From: a virus
IMG/VR virus record: IMGVR_UViG_3300045971_000149
Span: 32,001-96,000 of that record
Reading direction: 5' to 3' (one strand)
Length of the DNA stretch: 64,000 nt
In this document: piece after piece, positions 56,207 to 64,000 of the stretch
Layout of the letters: each line of letters begins with the position of its first letter
How positions within the stretch are numbered: position 1 is the first letter of the stretch
Notes under the pieces: generated by a model
What the model saw: only the letters and a program-made list of their open reading frames with translations
The model's database searches: none
What the model was told of the DNA's origin: nothing
Position numbers and translations under genes: made by a program

Positions 56207-57452
56207 CACATTTTGTATGCATCCCTTTACAGGGTTAGCAACACGAGAAGACGGAGCAGTTAAAGCATGTTGCCGCAGTCATCCTGTTGGCAATATTAAA
56301 TGCCATTCATTAGAAGAGATATGGAACAATCAAACAATGAAGCGTATTCGCAGGCAGGTGCTTAATAGCGAGCGCCCGCCAGAATGTGCACCATGTTTTA
56401 ATTTAGAAGATCAAGGAGTAGAGAGCTTACGGCAACGCCATATTAATGGTATCATTCCCGAAGCTCGTATTCACTTATACCCAACTGCATTATCTACTAT
56501 GCGAACTGATTATACAATGCCATTTGAAATTCCTACAATGGAAATTAAAATGAATAACCTGTGTAATCTAAAATGTCGTATGTGTAATCCAATGGATAGC
56601 ACTAGTTGGAATGACTGGAATGCAGTAGTTGATCATTATAAGAAAGAAGATAATTATCTTGTGCAACGAGTTATCGAGTTGAACTTAGTTAACAAGCCCT
56701 TTCTTGATAGTTTCGTTGATACAGACAACTGGTGGAATAGTTTTGAAAAGTTATTGCCGTTCTTTCGACGTGTTGAGTTTGCAGGAGGTGAACCATTAAT
56801 GGACCCTACTCATTATAAGATATTAGATAAGCTTGCGACATACGGGCATCAAATAGAAATCAAGTATGCAACTAATTTAACTATGCTAGGAAAAGGTAAA
56901 CGAACTATTTGGGAATACTGGCCTAAGTTTAAAAGTGTTGCAGTTAATGTAAGCATTGACGGAATAGGTCCTAGCTATGAATACATAAGAGGTAATGCTG
57001 ATTGGGACGAAGTAATTGCAAATATAAAAGACATACAATCTATTCCAAATATTAGCCGCATTGTAGGAGCAGTTGCAGTGCAGGTTAGTAATGTGTTAAT
57101 ATTAGATAAGATGATTGAATACTTCTTAGACGAGTTAGGAATTGTATTTTATACTAATATGGTCAACTACCCGCAAGCATTATCTATACAGGTATTACCG
57201 TTAGAATTAAAAGAGCTTGCTATTAAGCGATTGCAAGAAGCAAAGATAAAAGTGCCTACTTATAAGCATGTAATAAAAAATCCTATACTATTAGGTATCA
57301 CTAATACCCACATAGACGGTGTTATCAATTACTTAAATGCAAATGATAATTCTGTGATGTGGGCCGATTGTATAGATTTTAACAACAAACTAGATTCGAC
57401 ACGAAATCAAAGCTTTATCGATACTACTCCCGAGTTCAAACTGTATGTATAA
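56190..57452 (+). CDS. Radical SAM protein with twitch domain
   Basis: FCMHPF, CNLKCRMC, FAGGEP. Confidence 0.9.
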   Translation: MNNQSNTFCMHPFTGLATREDGAVKACCRSHPVGNIKCHSLEEIWNNQTMKRIRRQVLNSERPPECAPCFNLEDQGVESLRQRHINGIIPEARIHLYPTALSTMRTDYTMPFEIPTMEIKMNNLCNLKCRMCNPMDSTSWNDWNAVVDHYKKEDNYLVQRVIELNLVNKPFLDSFVDTDNWWNSFEKLLPFFRRVEFAGGEPLMDPTHYKILDKLATYGHQIEIKYATNLTMLGKGKRTIWEYWPKFKSVAVNVSIDGIGPSYEYIRGNADWDEVIANIKDIQSIPNISRIVGAVAVQVSNVLILDKMIEYFLDELGIVFYTNMVNYPQALSIQVLPLELKELAIKRLQEAKIKVPTYKHVIKNPILLGITNTHIDGVINYLNANDNSVMWADCIDFNNKLDSTRNQSFIDTTPEFKLYV

Positions 57453-58341
57453 AGTAGTAGGTAAATGGAAGCATCAAGACGCTATAAAAGTAGAATGGAA
57501 TCTTGGTAAACGATGTAATTATGATTGCAGTTATTGTCCGTCTAGTATTCACGATAATACAAGCCCGCATACTGATATAGGCATACTTAAATCTACTATC
57601 GATAAGCTTGCAGCAATAGGCAAACCTGTGCGATTAAGTTTTACAGGAGGCGAGCCTTGCGTTCACCCTAAGTTTGATAAGCTATTGCACTATGCAAGAG
57701 ATCACGGCATCGAGTGGGTTAGTGTAACAACTAATGGCACTCGCCCATATGAGTTCTATTCTACATTGCCGGTTGACCAGTATGTGTTCAGTATGCATCT
57801 AGAATACAACTGGCAGCGAGTGTTCGAAACAGGCAATAGAATAATAAGCATGACTGGGATTAATGTTATTATGCAAATAATGGCACATCACGATTACGTT
57901 ACACAGGCTCGCATGCTAAAGGAACGATGTGATGCTGAAGGGATTCCTAACACAGTGAGACGCATACGTTGGACAGAAGGCGATCATGATTTGTTTGACG
58001 ATATGCGCTATCATCCAGCTGATTTAAAATGGGTAAAAGAATCCGGTGCTAGTGTAAAACCAAATGTTATCATAGACGATAAACAAGAGATACACGCCAA
58101 TGATGTTATTAAACTTCACCTCAACGGATATAAAGGGTGGAGTTGCAATGCAGGTATCGAAAGCCTAATGATTAACTGGGACGGTGAGGTGCATAGAGCA
58201 ACATGTAGAGTAGGCGGCAGTCTTGGAAACATTTATAACGATACATTTACAATTCCTACCGCACCTGTTATATGTGATAGGAACTGGTGTACTTGTGCAG
58301 CCGATATACCATTAACAAAACATACAATTATCAAGCATTAA
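57445..58341 (+). CDS. Radical SAM protein with C-terminal SPASM/twitch
   Basis: CNYDCSYC, FTGGEP, CNAG..CDRNWCTC. Confidence 0.9.
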   Translation: MYKVVGKWKHQDAIKVEWNLGKRCNYDCSYCPSSIHDNTSPHTDIGILKSTIDKLAAIGKPVRLSFTGGEPCVHPKFDKLLHYARDHGIEWVSVTTNGTRPYEFYSTLPVDQYVFSMHLEYNWQRVFETGNRIISMTGINVIMQIMAHHDYVTQARMLKERCDAEGIPNTVRRIRWTEGDHDLFDDMRYHPADLKWVKESGASVKPNVIIDDKQEIHANDVIKLHLNGYKGWSCNAGIESLMINWDGEVHRATCRVGGSLGNIYNDTFTIPTAPVICDRNWCTCAADIPLTKHTIIKH

Positions 58342-59320
58342 AAATTTTAATAGACTTTGAAATGCGAGTTTCAGGAGCACATATACATGTCTTATGCTCG
58401 CATACTGCGGACTTTAACTCTGGATTAAATTTACTTATAAAATCAGCATCGTAAATGTTATATTTGGCATCTAATCCGTAAAGCCGATTGCTGCACGATC
58501 CCTCCATTATTCCTTTGGGATTTATATAAAGGCTTTCTTTTCCAATATTACAATTCCACCCAAAAAAGTGATTCCAATCGTTTAATGCTACTTGGTTATG
58601 ACGAACCGTTTGAGTTGTTCCGTCATTAAACTTTATCTTACTTCTGTTAATATGAAAATGATTTCGCATCTTAAATGCATACCATAGATTTGGATATCGT
58701 TTAATTGAATTAGATAAAAATAATATCTGCTCTGGAGAATATAGATTTGCTCCGTCTGCTTCTTCGATTTTCTGCGTTCCTATGTACCACTTATACTTAC
58801 TATTCTTAAAATACTCAATCATGTCGATACATTTATTCCATTCATACGGATCCATGCATACAGAAACATCAACATATACTCCGTTCCTATAAAGAAGATC
58901 TGCAACCTCGGTAAAATGTTGTAAGTTGATTTCTTTATAATGTGCAGATAAGTTTACTTTATCGAAAATGTAATTTTTTTCCTGCCACCACCGTAATGTA
59001 CGTGATCCATTAGATTGGATAGACGATCTAAACTCGTGTTGCTCTTTTAATCTGCTTAGAAACTGATCAACTTCGGGCCATAGTGTAGGTTCTCCACCTA
59101 ATAATTGTAATTCAATTTGTGTTTTGCCGTTGCGTTTATAATAATCAAATAAGTGACTAAAATTATCAACTACTTGACTAACATTAGCTGGCCATTTATA
59201 CTTTCCGGAATTTGATCCCGGAAAACAATATCTACATTTAAAATTGCATATGTCTGTTACACTATAACTAATCTTAATAAAATTACTAGGTTGATTTGAT
59301 GTAATAGCAATAGGTATCAT
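58331..59320 (-). CDS. Radical SAM protein with C-terminal SPASM/twitch
   Basis: CNFKCRYC, GGEPT, CNIG..CEHKTCIC. Confidence 0.9.
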   Translation of the reverse strand: MIPIAITSNQPSNFIKISYSVTDICNFKCRYCFPGSNSGKYKWPANVSQVVDNFSHLFDYYKRNGKTQIELQLLGGEPTLWPEVDQFLSRLKEQHEFRSSIQSNGSRTLRWWQEKNYIFDKVNLSAHYKEINLQHFTEVADLLYRNGVYVDVSVCMDPYEWNKCIDMIEYFKNSKYKWYIGTQKIEEADGANLYSPEQILFLSNSIKRYPNLWYAFKMRNHFHINRSKIKFNDGTTQTVRHNQVALNDWNHFFGWNCNIGKESLYINPKGIMEGSCSNRLYGLDAKYNIYDADFISKFNPELKSAVCEHKTCICAPETRISKSIKIFNA

Positions 59321-60615
59321 AAAATAGCTAATTCCGGAAAAACTTCTCTAAAGTTCGAATTGCGTTGTTGATCAGTAACTGTTAAGTACTCGAGCATAAT
59401 AGGTAACTTACTACTCCAATCTTCTTGATTCATATATTGGATTAACCCTTGCCATCGTGATTTTCCATACGGATTATTTTGAAACTCGATGTCATGTGAA
59501 TAGGTGTCACATAATTTAGTTACCTGCTGCTTAACTGCTTCTTTTAATTCTTTAGGTAATACTCTAACATTTAGATAGTCCGGCAAGTACACTAAATGTG
59601 TTCCTATAAGGCCCGCACCATACGGCGGCAGATTGATCTTTTTAAAATTTTGCTGTTGCTTCCATTTAACTAAATCTGCCACATATAGTACATTTAACAC
59701 CTGCACTGCACACGCAATATTTACAATAATGTTATTTGGGGTATCGTCTAGTCTATGTAAATTGGCAGTAACATCTTTCCACTTGCTAGGATATCTAATA
59801 TAATCATTTTTCTCCCCGACAGCATCAATGCTAAAGTTAAATTTAACTTGCTTAAAGTGTTTCCACAGTTCAAATAACTTCTCCGGGAGTTCTAATCCGT
59901 TCGAGTTATACCGTATTACACAATTCTTAGCAGCACCGATCTCTACCATAAACTCGAGTATTGTATAATGTTCAGGGATTAACAACGGCTCTCCTCCAGC
60001 AAAGTACAACTCTTGAATAAAGTGTGCCTGCTTACGCATACTTTCCAAGAAACTACCTTTCTTATACCAGTTGTAATTAACTTTACTATCCCAGCGTTGA
60101 TCATGCGATAGTTCAAATGTTTTGTATTTTGGATATTGTACCTTCCATTCTTTAATCCACGCGCTGCTATCATGTGGACTACACATAATACATTTAAGCT
60201 GGCATATATTTCCTAACCTTAAGTCAAAATATGGAATGCTAACAGGAAGCTCGCCGTTGGCTTGAGTTTGTGCCACAATACTATTGATATCTACACGATC
60301 CTTCCATACTACAGATTCCCATTGTCGTTTACTAACAATCCCATTTGATTCTTCATTAAAGCATTTTGCACAACTAGCCGGAATCTCGTTATTGAGCATT
60401 TGTAATCTAGTGTTTTTCATAAAAGAGGAATTCCACACCTCCTCTAATGATTGATGCTGTAGATTCATAACAAAATTGTCACTTTTAACTAAACCAATTT
60501 GCTTTTCGTTATCAAGCCCTGCACCGCTTGCGTTCGACGTGCAACACAGTCGTACATCACCGTTAGGGCGAGTTGCTAAATGTATCCAAGGTAACGGGCA
60601 AAAAGTACTAGACAT
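59317..60615 (-). CDS. Radical SAM protein with twitch domain
   Basis: FCPLPW, CQLKCIMC, FAGGEP. Confidence 0.9.
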   Translation of the reverse strand: MSSTFCPLPWIHLATRPNGDVRLCCTSNASGAGLDNEKQIGLVKSDNFVMNLQHQSLEEVWNSSFMKNTRLQMLNNEIPASCAKCFNEESNGIVSKRQWESVVWKDRVDINSIVAQTQANGELPVSIPYFDLRLGNICQLKCIMCSPHDSSAWIKEWKVQYPKYKTFELSHDQRWDSKVNYNWYKKGSFLESMRKQAHFIQELYFAGGEPLLIPEHYTILEFMVEIGAAKNCVIRYNSNGLELPEKLFELWKHFKQVKFNFSIDAVGEKNDYIRYPSKWKDVTANLHRLDDTPNNIIVNIACAVQVLNVLYVADLVKWKQQQNFKKINLPPYGAGLIGTHLVYLPDYLNVRVLPKELKEAVKQQVTKLCDTYSHDIEFQNNPYGKSRWQGLIQYMNQEDWSSKLPIMLEYLTVTDQQRNSNFREVFPELAIL

Positions 60616-61663
60616 TAGCTACTTGATCTCCCGGCTTTGCGAAATTCCCGTCGCCGCAACTTCTTGCACAGACAATCAACTTGTTAGTTGTCCAATACTC
60701 AGTCCATATTGTTTGGTAAGCATCTGAATCTATAACATCTTTAATAGATCGATTTATTACATTTGTATCACCTAACTTTGCCATCAACTCAGCATGTTGT
60801 TCTAGCATATCGATTCGAACTTTAAATGCTCCGTCTAAATCAACATGAGTATACGGAACACTAGCTATCCAGCAACATGGATACAAATTTTTGTAAGCAT
60901 CGATATACACTTCTTTATACTGTTGCACCTTGCATGATATAACAGAGTTTTTTACTATTTCTTTATAAGAATCTATTACTTTTTTATCTATGAATTTCAA
61001 CGGGGTATCTGTTGCAGGTTCGATGTAGTGCATCACTTTATTATTTCGATCTACAATTTTTACTGTTGGGTCTAAGATAAATCTAGAACTATTTTTAACT
61101 GTAAACTTTTTGAATCCTGACTTAATTGAAATACTTCGTGCCTCTTCAACCTGGTGTTCGTTATGTTTGAATCTAAGGAACACCCACTCAGCAGTCCCGC
61201 CCGAATTAATAAATGTACGCGCATTTTCTAATACTGTTTCAAATTTAGTTCCTACCCTATATAGGTGGTGGGTATCGGCTAACCCGTCAAGTGCAAACAC
61301 TACATTATGGTTATCCGGTAACGATTTAGCAAGTTGGCGCCACCAAACAGAATTTCGCGCACCGCCATTGGTATGAATAGTAATAGCTACATTAGGAGAA
61401 ATGCTACGTGAGTATTCGCACATCTCGATAAGACTATTGTTCATCATTGGATCACCAAAATTGCTACAAAAATAGTAATTTGTGATTTGCGACAGCACTT
61501 CGGAAGTCATTACAGATTTAAAATCGTCAAGTGACCAATTAGTTATTTTAATAAGCGGATTATCTAGGCCGCCGTCGATGTTCCTGTTACACATAGGACA
61601 GTTGGCTTGGCAGTTGTTTGTTATCTCTAGATGTATTTGTCTTAGTTCTGAAAAATGAAACAT
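60608..61663 (-). CDS. Radical SAM protein with SPASM-like C-terminus
   Basis: CQANCPMC, NFGDP, YPCCW..CARSC. Confidence 0.9.
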   Translation of the reverse strand: MFHFSELRQIHLEITNNCQANCPMCNRNIDGGLDNPLIKITNWSLDDFKSVMTSEVLSQITNYYFCSNFGDPMMNNSLIEMCEYSRSISPNVAITIHTNGGARNSVWWRQLAKSLPDNHNVVFALDGLADTHHLYRVGTKFETVLENARTFINSGGTAEWVFLRFKHNEHQVEEARSISIKSGFKKFTVKNSSRFILDPTVKIVDRNNKVMHYIEPATDTPLKFIDKKVIDSYKEIVKNSVISCKVQQYKEVYIDAYKNLYPCCWIASVPYTHVDLDGAFKVRIDMLEQHAELMAKLGDTNVINRSIKDVIDSDAYQTIWTEYWTTNKLIVCARSCGDGNFAKPGDQVANV

Positions 61664-61664
61664 A

Positions 61665-61760
61665 CTATTTGTAAATGAACGGGTCTCGTTTGCGTAGTTC
61701 TTTTAGTCTTTTCTTAAACAAGAAATAATTTTTAATTCTTAGTATTAATCTTTTTATCAT
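61665..61760 (-). CDS. Very small basic protein (31 aa)
   Basis: MIKRLILRIKNYFLFKKRLKELRKRDPFIYK fills the gap, overlapping upstream stop. Confidence 0.55.
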   Translation of the reverse strand: MIKRLILRIKNYFLFKKRLKELRKRDPFIYK

Positions 61761-62353
61761 TTTCTTCTTCCTATGATCATGTAACGGGTATACATTGGTA
61801 GATCGAGTTCGCCTGCCCATAAAACTGTGTCAATGTTACACTGTTCTTTAAAGTTATCTAAACTGGTTGCTGTGCGAATATGCTCTGGTATGTTATAGTT
61901 ATTGCTTTGTAGCACTACTACACTAGTATACGGCAATGCCGAACACCACCGATTATAGTCTGCCTGTGTAATATGTTCGCAACTTGTGTTAATTATAATG
62001 TCAGCGTTACTTTTAATGTCACACATATTTGCTGTTACTGCGGTGAATCTACCTTGCATTTCTTCGCCCTTATTCATCATGGTAGCAATAGGTGCACAAG
62101 ACGGATCTATATCGATGCTGCGAATATTTCCTACCGGAGTATGACTTTGAAATAACATGCTAGCAAGTATGCCAACCCACCCTCCGTGGATATCAACAGA
62201 GGCCTGTTGTAATACAAAAGGCCGTAGGTTACTAATTAACCATTCCTTACTGGAAATTTGTCCTTTCCAAAATGCATCTAGTGTACGAATAGGATTATCG
62301 CTTTGCCTAATAGCCTGCATCCAGTAATGGATATGGTCCGAATCAAGTTGCAT
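61757..62353 (-). CDS. Class I SAM-dependent methyltransferase-like protein
   Basis: IHGGWVG, RSIDID, IINTSCEH. Confidence 0.7.
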   Translation of the reverse strand: MQLDSDHIHYWMQAIRQSDNPIRTLDAFWKGQISSKEWLISNLRPFVLQQASVDIHGGWVGILASMLFQSHTPVGNIRSIDIDPSCAPIATMMNKGEEMQGRFTAVTANMCDIKSNADIIINTSCEHITQADYNRWCSALPYTSVVVLQSNNYNIPEHIRTATSLDNFKEQCNIDTVLWAGELDLPMYTRYMIIGRRK

Positions 62354-63332
62354 TTATTGGTATCACTTTTCTTTTTGGTATTTTACTATCAGCTGAACTA
62401 ACGCATGTGGGAGTGATACATTTTGCAGGAGCATTAAAAATAGTAAACCCGTTATCTAACGTTCCTAACATAGTATCGTGACAACTGTAACCACGTTTCA
62501 CTTCGTTAGACTTAATTATAACACTTTGATGACCACTATTGCAAGTCCAATCTGTAAACTTATTAAACCCGAATGAATTGAATCGTTCAGCTTGGTCAAG
62601 CAAGTATTCTGTATTATGGTTATCATATAACGCTATCTGATATATAGCTGCTCCGTTACTCCGCTGTGGGAATCCGGTTTGCATGAGTTTAATCATATCA
62701 TCAGTGTATCCGCTTACTATGTTAGAAGCAGTTAAGTCGCTTTGCGGTTTAAGTGTAACATTAATACCTTGCCTATTAAAATTAACTAATCGATCATACA
62801 GCTCGTAAAACTTTCCGGGTACCATAACTTGATTTACAGTAACATGTACATTATCGTCTATTAACTGTAACAGTTTGTCACTGAACTGATCTTCTTTTGA
62901 AAACTCGTCGTGATAGCTGGCAGTTATGCTTCTACGTTGTAACATACTTGTAGAATCTGCCCAATTTCTCCACCAATTCTTACTAGGTGATAAGTTAGTA
63001 GTCATATGAATACTTTGATACGGTGTTTGAATACCATCATCAAGGTGCTTCGTTAACTCTAGAAGATGTTTATAAGCAGTAGGTTCACCACCACTAAAAC
63101 TCCAATGAAATTGGTTAAAACCATTAGATCTAGCTTGCGACTTAATTTCGTCTATTGTGTGTTTATATAGTTCTAACGGCTGGTAATCTAGAGTATCTGA
63201 TCTAGCATACGGCCAACAATAACTGCATTTATAATTACAAAATCGACCTAAAATCCAACTCACAGAAAACAATTGAGAATCGAGCATAGTCCGTTGACCA
63301 AAAACTTTTATAGTTTTCCATGGGATGTTCAT
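62343..63332 (-). CDS. Radical SAM protein with C-terminal SPASM/twitch
   Basis: CNYKCSYC, FSGGEPT, CNSG..CITPTCVS. Confidence 0.9.
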   Translation of the reverse strand: MNIPWKTIKVFGQRTMLDSQLFSVSWILGRFCNYKCSYCWPYARSDTLDYQPLELYKHTIDEIKSQARSNGFNQFHWSFSGGEPTAYKHLLELTKHLDDGIQTPYQSIHMTTNLSPSKNWWRNWADSTSMLQRRSITASYHDEFSKEDQFSDKLLQLIDDNVHVTVNQVMVPGKFYELYDRLVNFNRQGINVTLKPQSDLTASNIVSGYTDDMIKLMQTGFPQRSNGAAIYQIALYDNHNTEYLLDQAERFNSFGFNKFTDWTCNSGHQSVIIKSNEVKRGYSCHDTMLGTLDNGFTIFNAPAKCITPTCVSSADSKIPKRKVIPINAT

Positions 63333-63396
63333 AATGTTATTTAATTGTGTACTTTATGCTAATGCAGAATACTGACTACTGACTAAATACTGTACT

Positions 63397-64000
63397 ATGA
63401 TGCCATTTCTACATACCAAATTCCTTACGTACACAGAAGCAAACGTAATTCAGTTTAGCAATACTGTAGCGGTAAAACGCTTACCTACTACTGCTAGATT
63501 AGATGTTACTGCTACTGATGTAACTATGTGGACAAATGAAGTTGATCCTGTAGGGTTTTCTCAAGTTAGTTGCTATAATGCATATCTATTTGAAAATACA
63601 GGAACATATCATTTAATAAGTGTTGATAATACATTTAACATTTACTCGGATTTATATAAAGAAAGCATTAACAGTAATGCATATAAAATGGCAACTCCTG
63701 TATCTTCTGATCAAACAGTAATCGGAGATACAGGAAACAACCCGCTATTTCCAAATACTACTCCGTTATATTACAGTAAGTATTCTATGCCTGATGGGTA
63801 CGGCCCTCCGTTTATGCTAGATTATATGACCGGGGCACTTACAGATGTTGCAGCATTACTGAAACAATTTATTAATGAATGGACAGTGATGTTTCAAGTT
63901 CTAAAACAATACGGCCACCCATTTCCTGTAACAATCGAAGTAGTTGATAGATTGCGAACAGGTAGTAATGAATATACTCATTATAAATTTACTCACCCTT
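63397..64000 (+). CDS. Hypothetical protein, runs off window edge
   Basis: Open frame from MMPFLHTK after TAAATA. Confidence 0.65.
   Translation, partial: MMPFLHTKFLTYTEANVIQFSNTVAVKRLPTTARLDVTATDVTMWTNEVDPVGFSQVSCYNAYLFENTGTYHLISVDNTFNIYSDLYKESINSNAYKMATPVSSDQTVIGDTGNNPLFPNTTPLYYSKYSMPDGYGPPFMLDYMTGALTDVAALLKQFINEWTVMFQVLKQYGHPFPVTIEVVDRLRTGSNEYTHYKFTHP

Noticed and set aside
55496-63332. Canonical queuosine/7-deazaguanine or molybdopterin operon
   Set aside because: No QueD, FolE, DpdA or MoaC; radical SAMs lack the QueE Cx14 or MoaA C-terminal signatures as far as I can see
1-64000. Stop-codon recoding, introns/inteins, DGR, integrase
   Set aside because: Genes read intact in the standard code; no RT, recombinase or intein motifs seen in this window

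Overview
A 64-kb piece of a large T4-like (contractile-tailed) phage genome in three blocks. (1) 1-17.2 kb is an AT-rich late/structural block: terminase large subunit (5' part), likely small terminase, gp4, gp54-like, tail tube, tail sheath, dNMP kinase, gp13/14/15, Nudix, a Thr/Ala-repeat fibre-like protein and a GT34. (2) 17.5-36.3 kb is a visibly GC-richer early block built from about 38 near-identical minus-strand sigma70 promoter+leader units (TTGACA-N17-TATAAT-ACATACATCGCAACAAGGAG), each heading 1-3 small genes. Thirteen promoters carry a fixed-spacing CCC-N11-GGG dyad. The block also holds several ORF-free structured RNA candidates and is flanked by A-tract non-coding DNA and a tRNA-Ile2(CAU). 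(3) 40.7-63.4 kb is a ~23-kb tailoring-enzyme cluster behind late-type TAAATA motifs: 8 radical SAM enzymes, 9 Fe/2OG-type oxygenases, sulfotransferase, QueC-like, methyltransferase-, kinase-, GNAT-, SDR-, nitroreductase- and GT-like genes, with unknown substrate. Many late genes appear leaderless (TAAATA-N5-ATG). All calls are by eye from motifs; no searches were run.
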